From: an uncultured Verrucomicrobiae bacterium
GTDB lineage: Bacteria; Verrucomicrobiota; Verrucomicrobiia; Chthoniobacterales; JAFAMB01
Assembly: GCA_963782115.1 (NCBI GenBank)
Contig: CAWAIK010000005.1
Span: forward strand, 128,001-192,000
Direction of reading: 5' to 3'
DNA: 64,000 nucleotides
The first letter of the stretch is position 1. Each line of letters starts with the position of its first letter. Shown piece by piece: positions 21,226 to 31,830 of this stretch. A program made the position numbers and the translations under genes. The notes under the pieces are model-generated. The model searched no databases, was not told where the DNA came from, and saw only the letters and a list, made by a program, of their open reading frames with translations.

Positions 21226-21614
21226 ATGAACTTGATCCTCCGAGTCTGGCGCCAGAAGAACGCGCAAAGTCACGGTTCCTTTATCGATTACCAGGCGAAG
21301 AACATATCCCCCAACGCCTCGTTTCTCGAGATGCTCGACGTCGTCAACGAAGACCTGATTGTCAAAGGCGACGACCCGATCGCGTTCGATAGCGACTGCC
21401 GCGAGGGTATCTGCGGCATGTGCTCGTTGATGATCAACGGTATCCCGCACGGACCACGGCGGTCAACAACGACCTGCCAACTTTACATGCGGAATTTCAA
21501 AAACGGCGACAGGATCCGCGTTGAGCCATGGCGCGCCAAACCGTTCCCGATCATTGGATCGCGAAACTGAACCGCGAGTACGTTCGCGCGGTTGTCAAAG
21601 AACCTGACTCCTGA
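21226..21614 (+). pseudogene. sdhB: SDH/FRD iron-sulfur subunit: N-terminal domain plus extreme C-terminus, middle deleted
   Basis: [15 protein letters not shown]...TTTCQLYMR...FPII joined to [19 protein letters not shown]. Confidence 0.85.
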
Positions 21615-22014
21615 GCATATGTCGATCGCGAAATTGGAGGGGACGTGTAAATAAAGCGATTGTCGCGTTGTCGTTTGAATGCAATTGCGATCTTGCAGTC
21701 TTGTCGAACTTCAGAAAATTCGGCTCACTCCTTTGCGGACAGAGTGCAAGGACTCGGCGCCTGACTCAACCAGCTGAATGCGCCATTCCTCAGATGGAAT
21801 CAAGCGACCTTCCAGCAAAGCTTCGAGGAACTCGCCTATCCGATCGACTTCGAAATCGATGTGGACCGCAACCGGGCCCGCCGACAGTTGCGGCATGTGA
21901 ATAGAACTTATGATACACTCTCGAAACGGGCGCCGATTCAAAATCAAGTTTTTTCAAAGCCATCTGCGAGGATCTGAACCAGACCTTGCCGAGAATGGAT
22001 TGGGTACTTCAAGC

Positions 22015-22216
22015 ACAGGGTGTCACGCCCGCTTCGACCGCCAGACGCGCGTGGACTGATCGCGGCAACACCGAATCGCGATATTCGCGGGATTGGGTCT
22101 CAAACAATTCCCAACTCGGCATCGACACAAGGCGCACGGGAATTTTCTGTTCCTGTAACGTTTCTCGCGCCGCGACTATCAAGCTGACTTCCGAGCCACT
22201 TGCGATCAAGAGTCAA
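22015..22216 (-). pseudogene. tkt: Transketolase C-terminal fragment
   Basis: IASGSEVSL...[12 protein letters not shown]...RLAVEAG. Confidence 0.85.
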
Positions 22217-22219
22217 CGA

Positions 22220-22900
22220 CCTCCGGCCCGCGAGCGCCCCTCCAACAACCGCTGCGCTTGCCGCCCGGTGGCTCTAGTCATGGCCCATCCGCTGGTTGAG
22301 CCGATCGAATGCCAGCTCCGTATTTTGGAGCCGCTGCGCATCGTTGTGGCGCAGAGCCGCGAAGAGATCTCTCTCTTTGACTGGCTTTTGTGGCGTTATC
22401 ACTATCTGCCTTACAGCAGCGGAGCGGTGGGTGAAAATATCAAGTATCTGGTTTTTGATGGTCGCGCTCGTCCGTTAGCCTGCCTGCTTTACGGGGCCGC
22501 GGCGTGGAAGCTGGCAGTGCGTGACAAGTTCATCGGCTGGAGTAAACAGCAGCGCGAAGCCAACCTGTGCTACTTAGCAAACAACCTGCGTTTTCTGATC
22601 CTGCCTTGGGTGCGAGTCAAAAACCTGGCTTTCCTATTTCTTAAGCGCTTCGCTGGCGATGCTCTCCGGAGATTGGGAGCTCAAATATGGTCACCCGATC
22701 TACCTGGCCGAGACATTTGTTGAGTGCCAACGTTTCCGCGGGACGTGCTATCGAGCGGCCAACTGGAGCTGGCTGGGTCAAACCCAGGGCCGCGGCCGCA
22801 ACGACTGCTCTCGCCTCTCTCGGGTACCGATCAAAGACATTTATGTGCGGACGCTTTGTAAGGACTTTCGCCAGCGTCTGAGCCAGAGTTCCGCTCCAAG
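22220..22900 (+). pseudogene. DUF4338-domain protein (IS-associated type), 5' end lost, frameshifted
   Basis: RYHYL...GENIKYLV, AAWKLAVRDKFIGW, NNLRFLILPWV, ETFV...GTCYRAANW. Confidence 0.8.
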
Positions 22901-22957
22901 ACCGACGTCTGTGCTCTGCGATGCCGGCCATCGTTCAACGACTTCTGGCTTTAGACT

Positions 22958-23480
22958 ATGCTCTTAGAGAAGTTACTCCATTTGCTAGGCGGCTGGGCGC
23001 CCGCCTTCGGCCAACAGTGCACCCGTGAGCGGGCCGTCGCGCTGGCCCTCGGCTTACTCTGCGGCTTAGGGCGTCGCACCGTCACGCGCGCGATCTGCTT
23101 TAACAACCGCCAGCATCAGGACTGGAGTGCCGATTACAAGCTCTTTAACCGCAGTCGATGGGATCCACACGCCCTGTTTGAGCCGATCATCCAGACCGCC
23201 GTCGGCCAATACTGCCCAAAACACATTGTGGTCGGTTTAGACGACACCGGGATCAAACGCTCGGGCAAAAAAATTAAGACCGCCTACTGGCAGCGTGATC
23301 CCCTCAGTCCACCTTTCCACATTAACCTGATGTGGGGCCAGCGCTTCCTTCAGGCCTCGTTCCTCGCGCCCCTCTACCACTTCGATAGAGAAAGCTCACC
23401 GCGCGGTCTGCCCATCCGTTTTGCAGAAGTTACCCCAGTGCGCAAGCCGGGCAAAAACGCGACCCCTGAACAAAAGGCCG
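22958..23480 (+). mobile_element. IS701-like DDE transposase, 3'-truncated
   Basis: GRRTVTR...WSADYKLFNRSRW...VVGLDDTGIKRSGKKI. Confidence 0.7.
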
Positions 23481-23568
23481 TTACGGGACAAGGGCGAGGA
23501 TGATGAATGCTTTGACATCCTGCCCAACATTTGAGGTGACCTTCTCCACACACATCCACGCCAGCGAT

Positions 23569-24096
23569 ATGATCGCGTACAAAATCTCAAAGAATGCGAG
23601 GATACTTTTTCTTGGCATCAATCCGCATCCGGGTTCCTATCGGCGCGGCGTGCCATTTTCCAACAACAAAATGTTTTGGTATCTGCTGAACCGAGCCGGG
23701 TTACTCCAGGAAGCAGAAAGTGATCTGAAGAACGACCAGTTCCTCAAGGCAATCTACGACAAAAAGTTCCTGCCGGAATACGGGCTGAATTTTGTGAATC
23801 TGGTGGATCGGCCCACGATAGACGCGAAGGAACTGAAAAAAGGAGAGGAGCATGCAGGAATAAGACGGGCGTTAAGAATCATTCGGACTTACAGGCCGAA
23901 AGTGGTTTGCTTCATCGGAAAGATCGCGTTCAACAAATTTTACGGCAGCCGAAAATGCGATTGGGGTTGGCAAACAAAGATCGACGATGCTAGGGTTTAT
24001 TTGATGCATTTTCCAATCCGTGGCCCGGCGGCGATCCGGGTAACGGAGTTAAGCGAAGTGAAACGAGCCAGTGCCCCGAGTCATAGCCTCCTTTGA
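23569..24096 (+). CDS. mug: Mismatch-specific uracil-DNA glycosylase (Mug/TDG family)
   Basis: ILFLGINP motif, NKMFWYLL, FVNLVDRPT, PKVVCFIGK. Confidence 0.8.
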   Translation: MIAYKISKNARILFLGINPHPGSYRRGVPFSNNKMFWYLLNRAGLLQEAESDLKNDQFLKAIYDKKFLPEYGLNFVNLVDRPTIDAKELKKGEEHAGIRRALRIIRTYRPKVVCFIGKIAFNKFYGSRKCDWGWQTKIDDARVYLMHFPIRGPAAIRVTELSEVKRASAPSHSLL

Positions 24097-24190
24097 GCTC
24101 ACCACCGACCCAAAGGCATCTGCAGTTTTGATCTATATCATTAAGCAATGCGAATTGGTGTTATGAAACGACGAACCCGCGGATCACGTC

Positions 24191-24436
24191 CTAAATAATT
24201 ATATCTCTTTCTTCAAGAGCCTTTGCCACATCCTCCACGCTGGCATCCGCCAGCATCTTGCCGTCAACATCGACGCTTGGACTGAGGCATTGCCCTGATG
24301 CCGCCTTCAATTCCTTTGCGTAAGCAGGGTTGGTCGTCACATTCTTTATCTCGTAGGGAACGTTTAATTCGTTCAAAAAGCCCATGACCGCAGCTGCCCA
24401 CGGACAGCCTGCTTTTTTGTACAAAGTTATCTTCAT
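24191..24436 (-). CDS. Glutaredoxin-like protein (single-Cys CPWA)
   Basis: MKITLYKKAGCPWA...SGQCLSPSVDVDG. Confidence 0.75.
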   Translation of the reverse strand: MKITLYKKAGCPWAAAVMGFLNELNVPYEIKNVTTNPAYAKELKAASGQCLSPSVDVDGKMLADASVEDVAKALEERDIII

Positions 24437-24605
24437 ATAGTTGCACCAACATTCATCTCCAGATTCCTTGATGCAAGCGTGGCCGGTACGCTGCGCTCGC
24501 TCCAAGACTCCTGCGATTGCACAAAAAGTCACGCGAGGATATATTGTATTCGACGATGACAATATCCGCACGACGGAGTTTTAGGATACTGAGGCCGAGC
24601 TAAGA

Positions 24606-24968
24606 GTGAGACACGAACTAAAAATCAAGAGGGTGTATGAAAAACCGGGCAAGAATGATGGCAGGCGCATTCTGGTGGACAGGCTCTGGCCGCGAGGTTT
24701 GACAAAAGTAAAGGCAAAGGTTGATTTGTGGCTGAAAGACATTGCTCCGAGCACAGAGCTTCGGAAATGGTTCGGACACGATCCGAAGAAGTGGCGAAGC
24801 TTCCGCGGACGTTATCAAACAGAGCTCAAACATCACGACGATCAGCTCGGGTTGTTAAAGAGCAAGCTTAAAGAAGGACCCGTCACTCTGGTCTATGGAG
24901 CTCGCGATCAAGAGCACAATGAGGCCGTTGTCTTAAAGCAGTTTCTGGAAAGAAGGAACAAGCAATGA
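24606..24968 (+). CDS. DUF488 family protein (YeaO-like)
   Basis: IKRVYE...[15 protein letters not shown]...[15 protein letters not shown]. Confidence 0.85.
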   Translation: MRHELKIKRVYEKPGKNDGRRILVDRLWPRGLTKVKAKVDLWLKDIAPSTELRKWFGHDPKKWRSFRGRYQTELKHHDDQLGLLKSKLKEGPVTLVYGARDQEHNEAVVLKQFLERRNKQ

Positions 24969-25275
24969 GATCTCAAAGTTTTTAATGGTTGCTCGAATTT
25001 TTCTTTCGAGAGCTCATTAGTTGATCTTACTGACCATGGCCTTCTCCAGCTTCACCTTGTTGGCCGCGAACTTGCAAATCCCTTCCGCGGCGCCAAGAAA
25101 CCCGGCAGGAATTAATCGCGGTCCGTTGTGTATGGTTTGGAATGTTACCTTTAAATAATTGGACGGGTCCTGTTAGGTCAAGATAGTTGTCGCAGCCTTT
25201 GACGTTGAATCGTGTCAACAGATTATTCAAAACGTATGAGTTGTGGTTCTCTTTGGGCGGCGGGAATTTCGTGTG

Positions 25276-25851
25276 TCAGTTTGTGCTTTCAGGTGTCGCT
25301 CGAGAGCGTTTGCGCGACGGCTTGCTTTGAAAGGCTGGCGAATTCTCAGCCGGATAAGTGATCCGGCTACCTAGGACTTTGGCGAAGCGCGTGAGAGTAT
25401 GAATTTGGCGGCGCGCCAGACTCAGGATGTGCTCGGTGTGAATGCCTCGAACCAATAGCGCATCCGCAATCAGCGAGCGATGACAGCGCCAGGGCACCGC
25501 TTCAGCACACATCAATGCGATGCGGTCCCGGTTCGCCAATTGGATCAATTCGTCGAGACTCGTCTCAAATTCCGGTGTCTGCATGTAATCAGCAAAACCG
25601 CGGAACGATCCGTTGCACCATCCGACGTTAAGCGAATCGCGCGCTGGATGGCGCAGGCCGCCGAGTCCAGCCATGTGAACGTAGCCCACGCCAACCTTCT
25701 TCAGTGATCCCGGGAGGGAATCCGCGTTGAATTGAGGATTGTGTCGCGAGCGCGGGATGGTGCGCACATCCACCACCCAACTGACCCCATGCGCCAGCAG
25801 CAAGTTGATGAATTCCTCGATCGTCCGCGTGGAATGGCCGATTGTCAGCAC
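25276..25851 (-). CDS. DUF488 family protein (second subfamily); native start replaced by a junction
   Basis: TIGHSTR...VDVRTIPRSRHNPQFN...ALMCAEAVPWRCHRSLIAD. Confidence 0.8.
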   Translation of the reverse strand: MLTIGHSTRTIEEFINLLLAHGVSWVVDVRTIPRSRHNPQFNADSLPGSLKKVGVGYVHMAGLGGLRHPARDSLNVGWCNGSFRGFADYMQTPEFETSLDELIQLANRDRIALMCAEAVPWRCHRSLIADALLVRGIHTEHILSLARRQIHTLTRFAKVLGSRITYPAENSPAFQSKPSRKRSRATPESTN

Positions 25852-26243
25852 AAAAGGATGCTCCGGATCGGAGTGACGCCAATTCCACCAGCAAGGAAGA
25901 CAGCCGTCCTGGCGACATTGTTGTGCAAAGTCAGATTGCCACCGGGCTCGGAGATCTTAACTTCGGTATTCAAGGGTACTTTTGCCAGTTCGCGCTTGAA
26001 GGCCGTATCGCGCGTTCGAGTCGCCACCATGAGCGTGTCTTCGTACGGCGCACTGGCGATTGAGAACCCGCGCACATTGCCTTCGGCGTCCGTTTCGGCT
26101 GGATGAAGCTGCGTAATGTCGATCCATTGTCCTGATCTGAAGACAAAATTCGCGGGTTTTTCAAACTGGAAAGCCATGGTGCGCTCGGCAACCGGAAATC
26201 GATTCTTCAGTTTCACCAGATAGGTTGTTGGCTCACTGCTCAT
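25852..26243 (-). pseudogene. FNR-like oxidoreductase copy 2, N-terminal half
   Basis: Paralog of 12467-12860; ends right after GVTPIRSIL. Confidence 0.9.
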
Positions 26244-26261
26244 TTGTTTCCTTTCGATTGA

Positions 26262-27163
26262 CTTAAGCTTGCCTGTGCATGGCGGGCGACATTGGTGAGC
26301 GCTTCCTGGGCGACCCGATAAATCACCGTTCGCTTGACATTGTCCAATTGTTCAAGCTCAGCAGAGACCGTGAAACGAATGTGGATGCCCGTCCGTTCCG
26401 TAAAGCTTTTCATATACGAATGAAGGGCGGGAATAAGCCCCAGTTCGTCCAGGAGCATCGGACGCAATTCACAAGCGAACCGATGCACGATTTTCATCGA
26501 TTTTTCCACAAGCTGTTGCGTGCTGACGATTTTCTTCTTGAGACTACTGGTGTTGACCGTGGCCTCTTTTGTTAATGTCGCCAAACTGATGTTGATTCCC
26601 GTCAAGGTCTGCGCGATTTCATCATGAAGCTCGCGGCTAATCTGCTTTCGTTCTTCCTCCTGCGCAGACAAAACCTGGTGCGACAGATGCCGCAATTGTT
26701 CCTGCAAATGACGCGATTGCTCCAATAACAGGCTGTAGTGTTGCTGGCTTTTCTTGAGGGCTTCCTCCGCGGCCCTGCGCTTGACGATTTCATGCTTCAA
26801 CTGCCGATTAGCGGCGGCCAGCTCAACGGTGCGCTGGCTCAGCGTCTCGTTCACTTGGTTCAAGTGGCCATTGGTCTCCAGCGCGGCGCGATGAGTTTTC
26901 TCGATTGGTGTGAGTGCTCTGCTAAAGAAAGTACTCGCTCGCTTGATAACGCCATCTTTGGTTCTGGATACGAAACTCGGCGACACCAGTGTAATCAGTG
27001 CTTGCTCGTGAATCTTGACCATGTCCAAGGTCTCTAGCCCGATTGCCATGGCTTGGCGTCCCAGTCCATCAGCCGGCTGCAAGCTCGCCCGTGGCCCTTC
27101 CTTCAAATGTTTTCGCAACGCCGCCAGATATCGTCGCGATATCCTGGCCAACTTTCCTTTCAT
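26262..27163 (-). pseudogene. HisKA_3 sensor histidine kinase, ATPase domain truncated
   Basis: QEEERKQISRELHDEIAQTL, LRPMLLDELGL, YRVAQEALTNVARHAQA, then a junction. Confidence 0.85.
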
Positions 27164-27279
27164 CCTGTATCTCGAATTCACGCGTTCCAAGCCGCCAATC
27201 CAATATCATTGTCCGACCTCTGTGCAAACCTGTCCATGGGGTAAACCCCGACCTGTTCTGTTCATATGATGAGAGGCTC

Positions 27280-28622
27280 TTGTCCTGTTACCTTCAACTT
27301 GTAGTTATGAAAACCTTGGCTCGCCAACTGCCTCCACTCATCTGAATCCGGCGGCCTACCGTTCGGCCAGAAGTACGGCGATATGTCTTTGCCCGTGTAG
27401 CGCTCGCGAGGTTCCAACCGATTGAAGATCCCGTGGAGCAGTGGCATTGACAGCAGGCGGTGCAGGTGCTGAATATTTCTGGGATATTTCCAGGCGATCG
27501 TGTGGGCCACCACCCACGAAGCAACAACGGCGCCGATCCCCACCAACCCGAGAATCATTCCAACTGGACTCTCGTTATCCTTATCCAGAACGATGTGGTT
27601 CATGTTACGCACGAATCCCGTCAAGATCACCAGCCCGACATGGATTACGAGGAAGACGAGGTAACCGACCAGAAGGAGAAAATGAATGGATCGAGCCGAT
27701 TGTCTGCCCCCAAAAAGCTTCGGATACCAAGGGAATCGGTTGACGGCCGCGGGCGACATCGCGATGCCGGTGAGCATCGAAAGAGGCGCCATGATGAAGA
27801 TCACTGCGAAATAGGCCATCTGTTGAAGCGGGTTGTAACTGTAAAAGCCGTTCGGTTCAGGCGGTAAGTGAAGAGTTGTATAATGGACGAAGTCATTCCA
27901 AGCGCCAGGAATAATGCCCCAAGATGTCGGAACGAGCCGCTTCCACTGCGTCGTGCAAAAGAGAAGCAGGACAAAAATAAACCCGTTCAGGAGAAAAACG
28001 CAGACAGTCAGAAAATGCCAAGAGCGAGCCATCCCGACCGTGTGCCGGTATCCAGGTAAAGCGACCAGTGAGCGAAATGTAGCGAGCGTCGTCTTTCGCG
28101 GTCCAAACCCGATGCGGAGGCACCGCGATCGGCGTAAACGTGATCCAATCCGTTTTAGGAGTGCAATTCCGATTCCAGTAGAGCCGCGGATGATCCATTA
28201 AAATCGACAAACCGCTTCGGGCAAGCAGCATCAAGAAGAAGAAGTTCACGAAATGCGTAAGTCCGATCCACGCCGGAAACCCGTGCGGCTCGCCTTGCAC
28301 AACATGCGGCGGAGTGACCGAAATGCTGGGAAGACCGAAAAACAGAAATTGAATCCAGGCGACCGTTACGGGGACCAGCAAAATAACAACAATAATTACG
28401 GTTTCCTTCGCCCGTATTCGAATTCGGAATCTCCGATCTTCGGGATAATGCACTTTCCGATGAGCTGCGTCAAATGCTCGCATGGTCATAAAGATTGCGA
28501 TTTTTGAAACTGGATTTCGAGCTGTTAGGCAAATCGACGTGGGGGTAATCGACCTCGTTGACGATGCCTGTGGCTCCAATGTCTGGAGCGCCAGGTGCGT
28601 TACGATTTGATGTAATCATCAT
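27280..28622 (-). pseudogene. Cytochrome b/b6-domain plus molybdopterin oxidoreductase protein, frameshifted and 3'-truncated
   Basis: THFVNFFF...RSGLSIL, ARSWHF, YNPLQQMAY, GRQSARSIHF, ISPYFWPNG. Confidence 0.75.
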
Positions 28623-28645
28623 GCTCCTGTTAATTAATTCTGGGA

Positions 28646-29320
28646 TCAGCCGCCATGAGCGAAAGCGGGATAATCCGTCATGCCACCATCTACGAAAACC
28701 GTGCGTCCGGTCACATAAGAGGAAACATCCGAAACCAGCACCACCACTAGGCGAGCGATTTCTTCAGGCTCTCCTATCCGGTGGAGCGGGATTTTCTCCA
28801 GCAAGTCTTGCAGGCTCTGTGGATCGCTCCAAACGGAGCGGTTAATCGGTGTCTTAATCGCCCCAGGTGCGACCGCCAACACGCGCACTCCATGAGGGCC
28901 AGCTTCCTGGGCCAGGGTCTTGGTCAGCATGCTGACGGCCGCCTTGCTGGCCGTGTAGGCGCTGTATCCGGACCATGCGATTTCTTCGTGCACCGAACTG
29001 GTGCTCAGCACAACGCCGGTCTTCTGAGGCACCATGCGCTTTAGGGCTTCGCGGGCGCGGTAGAAGGCTCCAAACATATTAACCTCGATCACTTTTCGCC
29101 ATGCTGTTTCCTCAAACAGGATTACCCCACTGATAAATTCGTTCAGTCCTGGGGTAGTAAACAACATGTCACGATAGTTCCGCCGGGACTCTTCCGTAGA
29201 CGCAAGATCGATCGCCGCGAATCTCTTTTTGATCGTCGGATAACTCTCATCGGCCGCCAGGATGCCTTTGCCAGCAGCGAGCAGTGACTCACTCGTTGAT
29301 TCCATTGCGGGGATAGTCAT
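28646..29320 (-). pseudogene. In-frame chimera: class I fructose-bisphosphate aldolase N-terminus plus glucose-1-dehydrogenase-like SDR C-terminus
   Basis: GKGILAADES...ISGVILFEET joined at ~29105 to AWRKVIEVN...SSVHE...YTASK...VDGGMT. Confidence 0.85.
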
Positions 29321-29366
29321 AAGGTCTCGAATCGTCTTCGCGATTGCCACTGATCGTCGTCACAAC

Positions 29367-29497
29367 TCAGTAGTTGAGATTCCGTTTAACGTGCAATGTC
29401 GCGCCAAGCGAAGGAACGTGGTATTCCGGCGCTTGCAGGATGGTTTCCTTTGTCAATTTCACGAACACCTTGGACTCTTCGTGACTGATCCAGTCGA
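29367..29497 (-). pseudogene. PRC-barrel protein copy 2, 3' end
   Basis: DWISHEESKVFVKLTKETILQAPEYHVP; paralog of 13863-13993. Confidence 0.85.
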
Positions 29498-29521
29498 AAC
29501 AATTTCACCTCTCGGCGTTTT

Positions 29522-29905
29522 CTAAATTACCGAGTCATTTGAGACGCAAAGAATCATTCGAAGCTTGCCGGCGATATGGTGGGCTAAGTCGATCATTTCT
29601 GTGGCAACATCGCTGGGCAGCTGAGCACGACAATTTGCCTGCCAAAGAAAAAGCCAGCGCTCGAAATGCTCTTCCCGCAGGCTGAGTGACAGGTGTTTCA
29701 TCGGCATTGCTCCCGCATAGGTCCGCGGTCCACCGATGAGCGTTTCCCAAAAGCTTGTGATGATTTCCAAGTGAAGTTTCCAATCTTTGATCTTCGCGTT
29801 AAATATCGGACCGATCAGGGGATCTTGACGTACATCAGCATAGAAATAATGTAACAACTTGGAAGTTCCTCCATATCCACCGATGCGTTGGTAAAGCAGA
29901 TTCAT
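29522..29905 (-). CDS. Group III truncated haemoglobin
   Basis: FYADVRQDPLIGPIF...DWKLHLEIITSFW...PMKH...HFERWLFLW. Confidence 0.85.
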   Translation of the reverse strand: MNLLYQRIGGYGGTSKLLHYFYADVRQDPLIGPIFNAKIKDWKLHLEIITSFWETLIGGPRTYAGAMPMKHLSLSLREEHFERWLFLWQANCRAQLPSDVATEMIDLAHHIAGKLRMILCVSNDSVI

Positions 29906-29982
29906 TGGGGAGGAAGACGAAAAAGGGATATTTTTTCGTATTTCACGGCTCAAACACTTTTGGGTGCGTTTTCAATCGTAAT

Positions 29983-30354
29983 TTATGGCGCGCGGTACCC
30001 TTCCCCTTTGAGCGCGGCTACCAGCATTTCGTCTACGATGCCTTCAAGTTGCAGTAACCGGGGAGCGCTCAATCCGTAAAGAACCGAATTTCCCGCTTCT
30101 TCTGCCTTTACGCAGCCGCAGCTCAATAAGCGTTCGAGATGGAATGAAGCATCGAGTGGGGATAAACCTGTCGCGGTGGCGATTTGCGCATCCGTTTTGG
30201 CGCCCTGGCAGAGGGTCTGCAGGATACAGAGTTGCGAATGATTAGCCAAGGTGCCGAAGAGCTCTTCCTTGCAATCCAAACCACAGCCGGATGACTGGTT
30301 TCTTGTTTTCGGACTTCCGCGGTTACCGGAGGCTAAATCAGGTGAAATATTCAT
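29983..30354 (-). CDS. ArsR/SmtB-family regulator
   Basis: ILQTLCQGAKT...ASFHLERLLSCGCV...GNSVLYGL. Confidence 0.7.
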   Translation of the reverse strand: MNISPDLASGNRGSPKTRNQSSGCGLDCKEELFGTLANHSQLCILQTLCQGAKTDAQIATATGLSPLDASFHLERLLSCGCVKAEEAGNSVLYGLSAPRLLQLEGIVDEMLVAALKGEGYRAP

Positions 30355-30373
30355 TTAACACATTTATGTTCAA

Positions 30374-30406
30374 CTTGCTTTTAAAGCAAGATGTAATATA
30401 CATGTT
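30374..30406. promoter_or_regulatory. Candidate NsrR/Rrf2 operator
   Basis: CTTGCT-N5-AGCAAG dyad overlapping AAGATGTA-ATA-TACATGTT; conserved upstream of all three rrf2 copies. Confidence 0.6.
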
Positions 30407-30420
30407 TTAGCAGTTTACCG

Positions 30421-30648
30421 ATGCGCCTGACCTTCTCCATCGATTATGCCTTGCGTGTGTTGATGCTGGTTGGACTCGAACGGAACGCCTTGTGACCATC
30501 GAGGAGGTCGCAGACCGTTTCGGAATATCAAACAACCATTTGATGAAAGTAGCGTACCAGCTCGGGCAGGCAGGGTACCTGGAAACCGTTCGGGGCGGTA
30601 ACGGAGGGTTGCGCTTGGGAAAGCCACCGGACCAGATTGTAGTGGGGA
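30421..30648 (+). pseudogene. Rrf2/NsrR copy 2, frameshifted and truncated
   Basis: Paralog of 34359-34587. Confidence 0.9.
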
Positions 30649-30654
30649 AAATAC

Positions 30655-30848
30655 CATAATCTTGAGTCATTCCGCTGCGCCAGTCGAACAGCATACACCA
30701 ATGCCTTTTTAGAGTTTGCGGAAAAATCAGTTGGGACGAGAAGCTTCTTAAGCTGTAAAGAAGGAATCGATTTCGATGGCCGACTCGACTCTTCGACACT
30801 TTTGCCTTTCGCGGTCGATGGGTCCGATGAGTCTTCAGGAAATGTCAT
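30655..30848 (-). pseudogene. Universal stress protein copy 2, N-terminal fragment
   Basis: LQLKKLLVPTDFSANSKKALVYAVRLA. Confidence 0.8.
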
Positions 30849-31000
30849 AAATTTTGCCTTTCACAGATTTCGTTCGTTTTAGGATCAAGTGTTGGAATGT
30901 TCTCGTCGGGACTCTGCTATGAGAATGAGCGCGCTAGCTCGCAAAAAGAGAACTTGTATGTTGTCGTGCATCACCGCGCGGTCGATCCCGGGAGGTGTAG

Positions 31001-31808
31001 ATGACGCTCGTTGAACAACTCGCCGCATTCGTGGTGCGCGCCTCTTACGAGGAACTGTCACTGGCGGCACGTGATCAACTGAAGATTCGCATTCTGGACT
31101 CGCTTGGCTGCGCGATCGGCGCTTTGAAGGGCGAGCCTATTCGGTTGATTCGCGAGCATATCGAAGATTTTGGCGGCGCCAACAATTGCACGTTGATTGG
31201 TCCTCATCGTGAAGAAATTCAACGCCGAAATCCATTCGCAGTCGGCCATCGAAGGCGCTCTGGAACTTAAACACGAGCACCATGTCGCTGGTGCGGACGT
31301 GGAGCGAATCGAGATCGGGATTTTCGACGTGGCCCACAACATCATCGGCGGCGGCGAGGAAGGCGACAAGACCATCGTATGCACAAAAGAACAAGCCGAT
31401 CACAGTCTGCAGTACATGGTGGCAGCGGCCATTTTGGACGACCAGGTTATGCCCGACCAATATTTGCCGGAGCGAATTCAACGTTCCGACGTCCAGAATC
31501 TGTTGCGGAAGGTCGCGGTGCGAGCGTCGTCGGCCTATAGTCTTAAATTCCCTAATGCGATGCCTTGCCGCATCATGATTCATTTGCGAGACGGGAGGAC
31601 GTTGACCAAGGAAAAGCAGGACTACGAAGGATTTCACACCCGGCCAATGACGTGGCGCACCGTCGCCCACAAGTTCGAGCGACTCAGCGGCGCCTTAACT
31701 GACGCGGCATTGCGCAAAGAAATTCTGGATGCCGCAGCCAGTTTGGAATCCATTCAAATTGTCGATTTAACAAACTTACTGACCCAGGTTCGGGTCGTCC
31801 GCAGCTAA
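31001..31808 (+). pseudogene. MmgE/PrpD-family protein, internal deletion at ~31200
   Basis: N-terminus RILDSLGCAIGAL...CTLIG joined out of frame to IVKKFNAEIHSQS...DYEGFHTRPM C-terminal domain. Confidence 0.85.
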
Positions 31809-31830
31809 CCATCATCCAAAGAATGCCATC

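Noticed and set aside
22220..22900. Druantia anti-phage system (DruA contains DUF4338)
   Set aside because: This is the short IS-associated DUF4338 type, it is broken, and no helicase or other Dru genes are nearby.
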